From Octopus sinensis (Eukaryota), in assembly GCF_006345805.1 (NCBI RefSeq), contig NW_021836249.1, positions 1 through 24,881 on the forward strand: DNA of 24,881 bases, written 5' to 3'. Below, in pieces: positions 1 to 11,365 of this stretch. The notes under the pieces are model-generated. The model was not told the origin of the DNA, did no database searches, and saw only the letters and a program-made list of their open reading frames with translations. The translations under genes were made by a program, and so were the position numbers. Every line of letters starts with the position of its first letter. Positions within the stretch are counted from its first letter, which is position 1.

Positions 1-30
1 AGTGCCACAAGGTCAAATATTATATAAGAG

Positions 31-424
31 GAGGAAGGCGGCGAGCTGCAGAGTCGTTAGCACGCCGGCGAAATGCTCAGCGATATTTCATATGCCGTTA
101 CGTTCTGGGTTCAAATTCCGCCGAGGTCGACTTTGCCTTTCATCCTTTCGGGGTCGATTAATAAGTACCAGTTACGCACTGGGGTCGATAAATCGACTTA
201 ATCCGTTTGTCTGTCCATATTTGTCCTCTCTGTGTTTAGCCCCGTGGGTAGTAAAGAAATAGGCATTTCGTCGTCTTTACGTTCTGAGTTCAAATTTCGC
301 CGAGGTCGACTTTGCCTTTTACCATTTCGGGGGTCGATAAATTAAGTACCAGTTGCGTACTGGGGTGATCTAATCGACTGGCCCCTTCCCCAAAAATTCG
401 GACTTGTGCCCTAAAGTAGAAAAG
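31..424 (+). mobile_element. Two adjacent tRNA-derived SINE copies (family A, Meta-domain-like core); second copy 5'-truncated at about 263
   Basis: Head ggcggcgagctg..., B-box-like gttcaaat, core gtcgactttgcctttcatcctttcggggtcgat..aagtaccag. The same core recurs at several places in the window. Confidence 0.85.
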
Positions 425-771
425 ATAGATTATATAAGAGCAGGAGATACGGATGATTTTACATTTCATGCCACTGGAGATGATAAAAACTTTATCGCAT
501 TCTAGATGCATGAAATGCAGATGGCAAAGTCAGTCATCGTGGGATATAACCGTTCAGATTTCCCACATTACCAAAGCCCATAACCAACCACCACCAACAC
601 CACCATTGGTTCTCTCGCAGCTGTACAGGTTATGTACTTTGGAGACCACGACTTGATGAAATCATCCGCCACCACCAACTTCACGATAACAAACGGGAAA
701 GTAAGGAAAGTATTAGGGCAATATTTCGTATAATAGAATAAATTATTCTACTATGAGATAGAAGAGAGAAG

Positions 772-804
772 CCTAACGTTTTAAGTAGAACACTTCGTCA
801 GAGG
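772..804 (-). ncRNA. Decayed minimal hammerhead-like motif (Penelope type)
   Basis: Minus strand reads CCT-CTGACGA-A-GTGTTCTACTT-AAAA-CGTT-AGG. The CUGACGA core and 3-bp helix I are intact; GAAA appears as AAAA and helix II is broken. Confidence 0.4.
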
Positions 805-2085
805 GAGGTGTAATGTTTACTGGTGATGCTGAATAAATAAAATGCTAGCCTACTGTTTTGGTTTATTGACAAAGAGGTCTCCATCAAACTTGTAGAATAT
901 CCCGACATACTAAATCTCAATCAAGAAATTCTGCGTTTACAATCCTCAAACACGGTCACTGCCATCAAATGCATTTTGTCGACCAATTGTCTTCACCAGG
1001 ACATGAAAATAGTTACTAACTACACAAACTTCTCCAGTTACGATCCCACGAGAAATACTTCACGTGATTACTCGACCTACTAAAAGTAGTAGTTTAATTT
1101 CCATTTGTTATCCTTTACCGCCTTAAGAAAGGAAATTATATATCTGATAGTATAATACAAGATGCCCTATGTAGAAGAAAATGGGTTAGTCATAGCTGGA
1201 AAATGGGTTAGTCTTAGCCTCAGATGAAGGCGCAAAACAGCAACTTTTTTGATTATTCTAACCCAAGAAGTTAGTTGGTTTTAATAGTGTTTCCCAATTA
1301 ATCGCAAATAGTGAACTCCAGAACTAACATCTATCCTCACCAAACCAACTCCAAACCATTCGACCTATGGATATATGCAACAGTAGCCTCACTTTCAACA
1401 CCTCAAAGATTATGGAAACACTTTCCTTTGTCAAGCTATCTTTCTCAGTATGGTATCCATAGATCCAAATTTATTGGATATCTTTGTGTTTTTTTTTTGT
1501 TTTTTCTTGTTACCTACCAGTAATCTTTCCTCCTTGAGAAATTCAGTGAAGGCTGCCATTGATATCACCAAAGCTGTTTGTTAGTTCCATCATAGAGAAG
1601 TTTCTTAAAACGATCCATTCCTTCTCCGTTCCAAGACCTAACAACCGCTCTCCGTTCCAAGACATAACAACGTAGGAGTGGCTTAGGGTTCGGTTATGTC
1701 TCATACACTCCAGTTTTACAATAATATCCTTATCACTATCACTTCGAGCCAGTTTTGATTCCTTAAGTGCTCTTCTCAATACTCTAAAACCCTGCGCTGG
1801 ATATTAACATGGTAAGCACCCCATACGAACATGAGATTAGCTCTCGAGCGAAGTGTGCAAGGCGGTTTCAACGTCATGTTTACTTCAATTTACCTGCAAC
1901 TATTCTCAAGAAAAATACGAGCTTCGTAAATTTTACTTCTGATAAACTTATGGCAGTTTAGCAATGTAAAAACTGTTCTGTTTTATATGTTTTGATATTT
2001 TAGGTTTTGATATTAAAATGATCTAAATAATTAGAAATATGAAAAATTTGTAAAGAAATTTAAAAAGAAACATAATATCACCTAC

Positions 2086-2628
2086 CGGTACTCAATGTCA
2101 TAGCAACCAGCAAAAAAACCATCACAACATCTGTAAACATAGAGAAATCAAAGCTGCTAGTAGAATTTTCCGAACTACTAGTAGACTTTTCAAACTTGTC
2201 GTCTCTGAGAACCGAACTACTGTAAAGCGCACCAATGGTTTCCATGGAGATGCACCGTAAGTTCGTAGATCCTCGGAAAATGCTTGGAAGTGTTGGATCA
2301 CGTAGTCTTTTACTTCTCATGAAAAGTGAATTCGAACTGGGAGATAAGGTTTTTTTGGCATGCCCTCTGATATGGGACGGATAAAGAATGCTTTTGAAAA
2401 TGCTTGGATCGGATGAGAGAGTAAACTGATTTTTGTCTAAGGAAACGATCGTTCCGTCACTGAATTTTCTATGATAGCGTGCCGGTGACAAGTTACCGGC
2501 TGTTTTCAAGTGACTTGGGATTTCTAGTTGATTAGAAAGGTTTTTATAAAAATAATCGTTATTCAATGTGCTACTGGATATTAAACTGATATCAGAGTTG
2601 TCTTTATAACAACTGTCTGTCGAAGGAT
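2086..2628 (-). CDS. SLC16/MCT coding exon (large central cytoplasmic loop and start of TM7)
   Basis: Open frame (D)PSTDSCYKDNSDISLISSSTLNNDYFYKNLSNQLE...SSFDFSMFTDVVMVFLLVAMTLST-G. Acceptor ttttcttttcag|, donor |gtaggt. 543 nt, phase 1 to 1. The Ser-rich loop followed by a FDFS-hydrophobic segment is typical of invertebrate MCTs. Confidence 0.85.
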
Positions 2629-2739
2629 CTGAAAAGAAAATTGTAAAAGAACAGAGGCTTTATCGATTGAAATCGGTGGGTTTACTGCTTCTGATAATAA
2701 AAAAAGCACCTAGTCATATACGCACACACACACATACAC

Positions 2740-2796
<57 letters not shown>

Positions 2797-2984
2797 CCAC
2801 GCACGCGCGTACGCACATTAGGTTTCAAATAGGAAAGAAACAAATGCTTCTATGGTCCCATCATTGATAATATAATCCCATTTATTTGGCAAATTGTTGA
2901 TTCCACGGGTATGAAATTCTTCAGGTTTCAAAACAAAGGAGCGCAGTCGATATCATTTTCAACCTCTTCAACATTAATGGCTTC

Positions 2985-3168
2985 AAATTTTTGTACGAGT
3001 CAATTAGCTTTTGGGGAAGGGCGTACGTTGATACAATCATTCATCGACCCCGAAAGGATGAAAAGAAAAGTTGACATCGAATGCATTGAACTCAAAACGT
3101 AAAGTCAGAAGAAATATTGTTAGGCATTTTATCCAGTGTGGTAACGATTCGGTCAGCCCGCCGCCTTA
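2985..3168 (-). mobile_element. SINE family A, diverged copy
   Basis: tcgaccccgaaaggatgaaa... and cccgccgcctt are the reverse complement of the family A core and head. Confidence 0.75.
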
Positions 3169-3254
3169 ATATAGTAATAATAATAATAATAACAACAACA
3201 ACAACAACAACAATAACAACAACAACAACAATAATAATAATAATAATAATAATG

Positions 3255-3804
3255 CCCTGATGCAGTACCAGGCAATGGCTCTCATGGCTTCTGATCTTAA
3301 CTGGTTGGAAGTGTCATGTACATTGTTTTGTCTTGGTATAAAAGATGGGCTACAGCAAATATTCTGCCAAATACCACAGATTTGCTTGTCAGTTGTTTGA
3401 CCTCATACAGTTGAGCATGCCCCTAAGTGGTTGACGATATGTGCATCTTTGATCACGAGCAGAAGTAGTGAGGGAGCATCATAGCCATACGTTAAGAGAA
3501 ATTCTTTGGTATTTGGATAATTTGCCTCCAGAAACATGGGTGGTTCTTTCAACATCCTTAAACAACATTTATTCAAGGACCTTTTGAGCGGGAGGGGCTA
3601 CTCGACCTGAAGAAAATTCTAACTGGGCCCCACCTGCGAGGTCATTCGCTGTTTATCTTGATATGAGATCACCATGTCGCGAATATATGGTTGTGATGCA
3701 TGTGCCTGGTGTACCCTTATTAGACGGGTAGTCATGGTGGGTATACTGGGCTTCGTATATTTTACCCCAGTGTCACTTTGATGGCATGCATTGCTGTTTC
3801 GCTC
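3255..3804 (+). mobile_element. About 550-bp non-coding interspersed element embedded in (AAT)n arrays
   Basis: Flanked by (AAT/AAC)n at 3170-3254 and (AAT)n at 3805-3899. A second, similar partial copy follows at 3901-4262. Orientation is inferred from the 5'-truncation pattern. Confidence 0.75.
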
Positions 3805-3881
<77 letters not shown>

Positions 3882-3900
3882 TGATAATAATAGTAATAAA

Positions 3901-4262
3901 CCAGTTGAGCATGTCCCTTACTGGCTGACGACATGTGCATCTTTGATCACGAACAAAAGTAGTGAGGGAGCATCATAATCATGTATTGAGAAATATTCTA
4001 TGGGGTTTGTATAATTTATCCCTGGAAACATGGGTGTTTCGTTCAACATCCTTAAACAACCTTTATTCAAGGACCTTTTGAGCGGGATGGGCTACTGAAG
4101 AAAATTCTAACTGGGCCCCACCTGCAAGGTCATGCGCTGTTTATCTTGATATGAGATTATCATGTCGCACACATATGGTTGTGATGCATGTACCTGGTGT
4201 AGCCTTATCAGACGGAGAGTCATGAAGGGTATACTGGGTTTCGTATATTTTACTCTAGTATC
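3901..4262 (+). mobile_element. Second, truncated copy of the (AAT)n-associated element
   Basis: Aligns by eye to 3407-3775 (cagttgagcatg...tatattttac..agt). It lacks the last ~30 nt and is joined to the R4/Dong-like fragment. Confidence 0.8.
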
Positions 4263-4277
4263 ATGCCTCCTCATTGA

Positions 4278-4815
4278 GATATCATATTGTAAAACTTCAT
4301 ACAAAAATCATGCCTCCTCATTGATATGACTGTCCCAATCGATATAAACGTATCTGTCAAGACCTACCAAAAACTGAGCAAGTATAAAGATCTTGAAATA
4401 GAAATTAGCAAAATGTGGAAACTGAAGACTAAAACAATACATGTTGTCATAGGTGCCCGAGGAATGATAGGAAAAGGGGCTGATTGCTACCTAGCTCAGA
4501 TACCAGGAAACCTCAAAATGGCAGTTATTCAAAAGATAGTGCTCATGGGAACTGCCCATATCCTACGCAAAATACTTTCTATGTAATCTCAAATTTTAAA
4601 ACAAACATAATTTTCTTATGGTTTCTTAAACATTCTCTAGAAGAACACTATGTACAGAACCAAATATATGGCACCCTAGGCATAACACCAACATGAATTT
4701 CTAACTTGTTGTCCCTTGAGGTCCCTTGAGGTCCCTTGAGGTCTCTGGGTGAGACTTGGAGCCAACTTGTACAAATGTAAAGCAAAAGTCAAACATAAAA
4801 TAATTATAATAATAA
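4278..4815 (+). mobile_element. 3' fragment of an R4/Dong-like non-LTR retrotransposon (restriction-like endonuclease C-terminus, 3' UTR, TAA tail)
   Basis: 4278-4586 reads DIIL*NFIQKSCLLIDMTVPIDINVSVKTYQKLSKYKDLEIEISKMWKLKTKTIHVVIGARG...KIVLMGTAHILRKILSM*. This matches the RLE pattern (P)D..D.xVP..EK..KY.DL..E...W...VVIGA.G...GTA.ILRK.L. One in-frame stop. Tail taattataataataa. 10-bp tandem gtcccttgag x3 at 4711-4740. Confidence 0.85.
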
Positions 4816-4821
4816 ACTTAC

Positions 4822-5103
4822 CTGAATTCCGTGAGCTGCCGGAAAAATATTTCTTATTGAGAATCCACTGTAAAGGTCGGAACATAGCTCCGCAGATTAC
4901 AATGTGAAGAATAATACCGACTAGAGTCAATATCGTGCCTTGCCAACCGTAATACTGTAATAATGCTTCAACAACGAACGAATAAACAAACACTCCAACA
5001 CCGGAACCACTCATTGCTATACCAACAGCAATAGCACGTTTGGAAGTAAAATAAAGAACAATGATGACGTTGGCAGTGATAAATGCCATTCCTATGCCAG
5101 TCC
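4822..5103 (-). CDS. SLC16/MCT coding exon (TM4-TM6)
   Basis: (G)TGIGMAFITANVIIVLYFTSKRAIAVGIAMSGSGVGVFVYSFVVEALLQYYGWQGTILTLVGIILHIVICGAMFRPLQ..., with MCT motifs YFxxKR-A-GIAMSGSGVG, YGW and FRPL. Acceptor attttccag|, donor |gtaagt. 282 nt, phase 1 to 1. Confidence 0.95.
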
Positions 5104-5304
5104 CTGGAAAATAAAATAGAAACATCAGTTAAGCAGGACATTTTAAAATACTTTGATCAATCGCTTGATCTATCAATCAGTCAAATGTTTCGTCAGAATT
5201 CCTTTGTCAACGTCTACGACCTAATTGATGAAGTGCCTTTGTCTGCTGTTTTCTTTTTTTCACAAATAGATAGAAAAATATATGCGATTTATATATATAT
5301 ATTA

Positions 5305-5604
5305 CCGTGACCGACCAGGCTATCAGATGTTGCTACACATCGCTGGTCACAATGCGCTTTGCATTGTTTTAGCCTTCAAATGACGCCACCCTGCTGGCTA
5401 AGCGAGCAGGCCAACAGAAGAAAGAGTGAGAGAAAGTTGTGGCGAAAGAGTACAGCAGGGATCGCCACCACCCCCTGCCGGAGCCTCGTGGAGCTTTAGG
5501 TGTTTTCGCTCAATAAACACTCACAACGCCCGGTCTGGGAATCGAAACCGCGATCTTACAACCGCGAGTTCGCTGCCCTAACCACTAGGCCATTGCGCCT
5601 CCAC
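5305..5604 (-). mobile_element. tRNA-derived SINE (family D), apparently full length
   Basis: Minus head gtggaggcgcaatggcctagtggttaggg (A box) ... ggtttcgattccc (B box). Body is shared with 7510-7865. Confidence 0.9.
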
Positions 5605-5815
5605 ATTCAACATGTGACCTCGTGAGCACCGCCAGCAATTTTTTTCCTCTGTCTTCCCTTCTCGGGATCTTTCCTTCTCCTTTGTTTCCGACGAAGAGCT
5701 CCGCTCGAAACGTTAAACCCTCCTTCTTCCCTTCTTTCCTGAGCGTCCAATAATACTTTATTTGTTCCACGTCCTCGCGTTGCTGTCTTTTTTTGTGTTT
5801 TCTTGTTTGGATTAA
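5605..5815 (+). mobile_element. Probable Penelope-like element terminal fragment carrying a minimal hammerhead, ending at (TA)n
   Basis: Contains the hammerhead-like motif at 5684-5718 and abuts a (TA)n array at 5817. The Penelope assignment is inferred from the motif type only. Confidence 0.55.
5684..5718 (+). ncRNA. Minimal type I hammerhead-like ribozyme motif with a U4C core
   Basis: GTTT-CCGACGA-A-GAGC-TCC-GCTC-GAAA-CGTT-AAAC. Helix I GTTT/AAAC, helix II GAGC/GCTC, palindromic ACGT in place of helix III, putative GUU cleavage triplet. Confidence 0.65.
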
Positions 5816-5816
5816 C

Positions 5817-6328
<512 letters not shown>

Positions 6329-6469
6329 CAAAAACAACCGTTGATGTATTTCGGCATTATTCTGAGCCCATCAATGAACCATAGACTTTATCGTTCTTAT
6401 GAAAATAGTGCAAAAGAATCACTAAAGAAATAGTGAGGTTGTAAACTGGAAGCGGAGACCCCCCCCCCT

Positions 6470-6760
6470 CGGTCAGGAATGACCATGGAATTGCACCTAG
6501 AAAGTTACCCTCCGAGGCATAAGTCCGGGCAAGGTTGTTTATGGAAGGCCTTCCCTCTCCACACCACTGATGTTATCCAAGAGAAAGGCAAAGGCCGATA
6601 ATGCTTGGCAGCAGTGATGCGCAACTCTTTTCTACAGCTGAGTTAACTGGAGAAATGTGAAATAAAGTGTCTTGCTCAAGAACACAACACGCAGCCCGGT
6701 CCGGGAATCTAACTCACAACCTCACGACCGTAAGCTCGACGCTCTAACTACTGAGCCATG
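6470..6760 (-). mobile_element. tRNA-derived SINE (family C)
   Basis: Minus head tggctcagtagttagagcg...gagttagattccc, then gtgttcttgagcaagacactttatttcac...cagctgtaga. Partial relatives at about 8520-8682 and 24380-24460. Confidence 0.8.
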
Positions 6761-7394
6761 ACGTAGAAATATGGGATAGTTCAAACATATTTCAAAAGGC
6801 GCCATGTTCAAGAAAAACAATAATTAATTTAGCATTATTATATTTATTTCAAAAAGTTTCAAAAAATTAACAAAACATAAATATATAGAGAGAAGCAAGG
6901 ATATAAGTCAACATATATTATTTTCATTTCTCCAGGACGAAAACCTTATGTGTAGACCTTATTCTGACTTCAGCAAACTATAATTGCCGAAATTAAAATA
7001 TTGTTTTAATTTTATACAACACCAGTTACAAAGTTATATTTAACAAATGAGGGCGACTATTGTTCAGTTGACCACAGTCTAGTATCGGTGTGTGTGTTTA
7101 TTTTATCGATTCCTAGGAGAGATTTTCAGTGCAATAAAATATTTGTAAAATGTATTGCGTAATGGTAAACAGTTTCAGCTGGATCACCAACCCAAACTGC
7201 GTTCACTTTTTAGCTTATGAAAATTGCTTTTATTTGTTTTATTTATTTTATTTATTTATATATTTTTGTGTTAGACACAATCGACCAACGTTTCGGGGGA
7301 CATAAAGTAGGACCAAAACTAGAAATTTTATTACATTACTTCTGGTTTTTTTCTAGGTTATTTACGCTGACGTATATTTCTCTCGTACATATAC

Positions 7395-7466
<72 letters not shown>

Positions 7467-7509
7467 ATATATATATATATATGTCATATAAATATTAATG
7501 CTACACACA

Positions 7510-7865
7510 CGACGCGGTCATAGGATCGCGGTTTGGTTTCGATTCCAAACGGGCGTTGTGAGTGTTTATTGAGCGAAAACACCTAAAGCTCCACGAGGCT
7601 CCGGCAGGGGATGGTGGTGATCCCTGCTGTACTCTTTCACCACAACTTTCTCTCACTCTTACTTCCTGTTTCTGTTGTACCTGTATTTCAAAGGGCCGGC
7701 CTTGTCACTCTCTGTGTCACGCTGAATATCCCCGAGAACTACGTTAAGGATACACGTGTCTGGGAGTGCTCAGCCACTCCTACACGTTAATTTCACGAGC
7801 AGGCTGTTCCGTTGATTCGGATCAACCGGACCCTCGTCGTCGTAACCGACGGAGTGCTTCACACT
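7510..7865 (+). mobile_element. SINE family D copy with a different 3' tail; head partly degraded
   Basis: 7551-7660 is near-identical to the reverse complement of 5423-5531. The 3' part (ggccggccttgtca...taaccgacggagtgc) differs from the tail of the 5305 copy. Confidence 0.85.
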
Positions 7866-7880
7866 CCACACACACATATA

Positions 7881-7937
<57 letters not shown>

Positions 7938-8117
7938 AATGGAACAAAAAAAGCAATAGAGGGCATTAAAACGTTCGGGAGATAGACGACACAAAGGCGG
8001 ACAAGAGAAACAACAATTAGAAGGACAGGCAAAAAAGATGGGTCATTCTTTGCTTTCTTTCTTCAGTAAAGTGCCAGAAGTCATGACCATTTCCGACAGT
8101 TACACTTGAGATGGTTC

Positions 8118-8342
8118 GATCTGGGGGTGGTGCTGAAAAGTTCCTGGCTTTAAGAGTATGGTGAAAGCCCTGATTGGTGGCCCAACCTTCTTAGTTCTTT
8201 TACAGAGCTTAGAAAAACTGTAGGACTGCTGCAATACATGTGCGAATCTGGGAGGGGAATATGTTGAATGAAACCATAATTAACTGACCCTTCTGTATTT
8301 TCTTTTACCCAAATCCAGGAACTTTCTCGCAGGAACTCGTAT
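8118..8342 (+). mobile_element. Mariner-derived MITE-like deletion derivative
   Basis: Imperfect inverted ends tgctgaaaagttcctggctt / aaatccaggaactttctcgca. Internal LLQSLEKL*DCCNTCANLGGEYVE* resembles a mariner transposase C-terminus. Confidence 0.7.
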
Positions 8343-8347
8343 ATACA

Positions 8348-8496
8348 CGATGGGCCTCCACAACGTTTCTGCCTACCAAATTCAGTTACGGCAAGGGCTA
8401 GAGTAGAAGTCACTAGCCCAAGGTAGCTCGCAGTCGAGACTGAACCCGAAACTACATGGCTACAAAGTAAGCTTTTTAACCACCCAGTCATGCCCC
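8348..8496 (-). mobile_element. SINE family B (CORE-like), diverged
   Basis: Minus strand ggcatgactgggtggttaaaaagc...gggttcagtc...accttgggctagtgacttctac, homologous to 11366-11530. Confidence 0.7.
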
Positions 8497-9107
8497 CGCA
8501 GGTTAAGCAAACAGGTCAACATTCTTCATGAAGGGAACACCATTCCGTCGCAAAGTTACCTATTTAAAGCTGAGTAAAATGAAGTGTGTTACCGAAGAAC
8601 ACAACGCGCAGCCGTTCTGAGAATCGAAACCATGATCTCACGACCAGAGCGTCACACCCCTAACCAGTAGGCCACACGCCTTCACACACGCGCACACACA
8701 CAGACATATATATGTAAGTGCGTATGAAATTATGTACGCACACACATATACATTTATATATATATACATACATATGCATGAATATTTTCACATATACACA
8801 CGTGCATGTGTGTGTGTGTGTGTGCGTGTGTGTGGTGTGTGCGTGCGTGTGTGTGTGTGTGTGTGTGTGCGTGTGTGTGTGTTGTAAACAGGGTCGATAC
8901 TGTAGGATGACAATTAATTTTACATAATATTGGTTTCAAATGTTGACACAAAGTCAGCAGTATTTTTGTTTGTTTTTTATTGTTGGTGGAGGAATAATCG
9001 ACTCTAGAGAGTTCAACTGGTACTTATTTTATTGACCCCGAAAAGATTCAGTTCTGCCCGCTCGTCGCCTTTAATTTCGCTTTTAATTTTGAATATTTGT
9101 TGTACTT

Positions 9108-9320
9108 AAGGCGGCGAGCTGGCAGAAAGGTTAGCACGCCGGGCGAAATGCTTAGGGTATTTCGTCTGTCTTTACGTTCCGAGTTCAAATTCGGCCGAGG
9201 TCTACTTGCCTTTCATTGTTTCGGGGTCGATAAATTAAGTACCAGTTGCGTACTGAGGGCGATTTAATCGATTGGCCCCCTCCTCAAAAATTTCGGGCCT
9301 TGTGCCTTGAGTAGAAAAGA
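9108..9320 (+). mobile_element. SINE family A
   Basis: aaggcggcgagctggcagaa...gagttcaaatt...tttcggggtcgataaattaagtaccagttgcgtactg, closely matching 263-424. Confidence 0.9.
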
Positions 9321-9874
9321 ATATTTGTTGTACTTCACCTCTAATGAGGGGATTCGAACACTGAAACTGTTCAAGGGGCAAAGTAGCCATTTCCTTTGAC
9401 TTCTATATAGAAGCAAATAGGAAATAACACTTACTAACCAAAGACAAAAAAATAATAATATTGAATGTGAACAACTATATCACCATCAGTTTCTGAGTCT
9501 AAAACACAAAGACTATTGAATTGATCCGGCCCTGCCAAACAAATACCGCAGATAGAACAATGAAATTGATCTGTAAACCCTGTGACGTTGACTTGGAAGG
9601 CATTAATGGTATCGGATTTCTCGTGTAACAGGTAAATGTCCCAGGGTGTCGACCATAAAATGCTGGTTCGATTTTCCAACCGATATTCTCATAATTCATT
9701 GTTTGTGTCCAGCGATTATATATTTGCTCGACTAATTTGTTTGACATCTACATTTCTGATCCTCCCTTCCTCTTTCATCCACCTTTGCTTTCCGTTTACT
9801 TTCTACTTTCTTGCTCTTTCTTTCCCTTTCTCTATCTGCCTTCAACTCTTTCTCTCAGCCTTATTTTTATTCTT

Positions 9875-9918
<44 letters not shown>

Positions 9919-10228
9919 CTCAAACATATGAACATTCACGGTTTTTATCTCACACTTTCTCTTAACCTATTTCTTTACACCCATTTTGTTACAAATCTTC
10001 AAATACACACACATATCACTTTACTTCATTCACCCTATCTCTCTCTCTCCATCTCTTTATCCCTCTCTCCCAACTCTCTTTCTCTCTCTCTCTCTCACAC
10101 ACACACGCATACACACACAAATACACAAACAAACAAAAGCACACACTCAAACACGTGCACATCCATTGTGACTCTATCACTATTATCTGATCCACTATCT
10201 TACTCTCCTTTCTTCTCAGATATAAGAT

Positions 10229-10500
10229 GGATTCTCCGTCGGTTCCGACGATGAGCCATCTGTTGTTCAACCAACCAAATTGCCTATTCGTTAAATTTAT
10301 GAGTGATTAAATTAAAAAGTTTACGTTCAGGCACGTGTACCCTTAAATCATTTTCGTGCTGAAATAACGTGACACTATGACAAGGCCGGACATTTGAATG
10401 ACAGGTGCAATCCATCCGATGTGTTTCTATACACTTACCATCCACCCAATTTCTTTCACAAGGTCTAGGCTAAAGACGGAATGAGACTATTGGGCGCAGC
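10229..10500 (-). mobile_element. Old SINE copy sharing the tail type of 7510-7865
   Basis: The reverse complement contains ccggccttgtca..gtgtcacg..taagggtacacgtg and cgtcggaaccgacggag, matching the 7670-7855 tail. Confidence 0.55.
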
Positions 10501-10959
10501 TGTTTGACACTGGCAATTTGGCACGGCTTATCGGACATTCAGCATATTTTAGCTACAGAGACAAACAAACATACACACATACTTTTGCACACATGCAACG
10601 TTACATTTTAACATACTACAGATTGAACAAGATTGACGTAAACATTTTCCCTCTCCTCATATGCATAAAGGGACATTCGCACACACACACATAAAGAGAG
10701 GAAGAGAGTGGGAAGTGAGCGTAGAAAATTAGTGACGCCACCTAAGCGGCGCCAAAATGTCTGTGTCAAATCGGCTGCGCCAAAACGTCTCATACCCGGT
10801 TAAAAGTACTTACCGAAGATGTCGCGCAGAGGAATGAAACACAAAACCTTAAAATTGCTGAACGAATTTCATAATTACTCGGCCACGCCTACGTCAATTC
10901 ATAGACACACACGCTCATGCGTTTTTCTTTATTATACTGTCCGCCTGTCTGTCACTCAC

Positions 10960-11004
<45 letters not shown>

Positions 11005-11044
11005 TCACTCCCTCTTCGTTTCTTTTTGTCTATTTTCTTCCATA

Positions 11045-11355
11045 TGCGCAGTCACAGCTGTGTGGTTAAAAAGAATCGGTTTGTAACCACGTGGTTTTGA
11101 GTTCAGTCCCACTAGTCGGCATCTTGGATAAGTGTTTTCTACTATAACTTCAAACTGACCAATGCATTGTGAGTGAACTTGGTAGATGGAAACTTGAAAA
11201 CAGGTGTTATTTTGTTTACGTCCGGTTCGGTAACAGAGACCGATATTATAAGTACCAGTCTTAAGTAAAATTAATTTCTTGGTCGATTCGTTCGACTAAA
11301 CCCATGAAAGTGGTACCTCAGCATGGCCACAATCCAATGATTAAAACAAGAAAAA
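11045..11355 (+). mobile_element. SINE family B (tRNA head, CORE-like domain, CR1-like tail)
   Basis: gtgtggttaa...gagttcagtccc...catcttggataagtgttttctactata...; tail cagcatggccacaatccaatgattaaaac. Confidence 0.75.
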
Positions 11356-11365
11356 ATATTTCTAA

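Noticed and set aside
1216-1245. CAGATGAAGGC...AAAACAGC resembling a hammerhead
   Set aside because: The core has U4A, there is no GAAA, and no helices can be paired.
1300-1860. ORF 1543-1779 and neighbours as the next MCT exon or a TE protein
   Set aside because: No MCT TM8-12 motifs in any frame I read and no convincing splice pair. Only a faint RTE-like hint (GxHILRKDSL) and a 26-bp tandem duplication at 1624-1675. TBLASTX would be needed.
3600-3680. CTGAAGA in the (AAT)n-associated element as a hammerhead core
   Set aside because: No downstream helix II plus GAAA, and no NUH with matching helix I.
3170-4815. Repeat-spacer appearance suggesting a CRISPR-like array
   Set aside because: This is eukaryotic context; the units are microsatellites and long TE copies, not constant repeats with unique spacers.
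8060-8097. Minus-strand GAAA ... CTGAAGA in permuted (type II-like) order
   Set aside because: I could not form helices I, II and III with a valid NUH in this copy. A family consensus would be needed.
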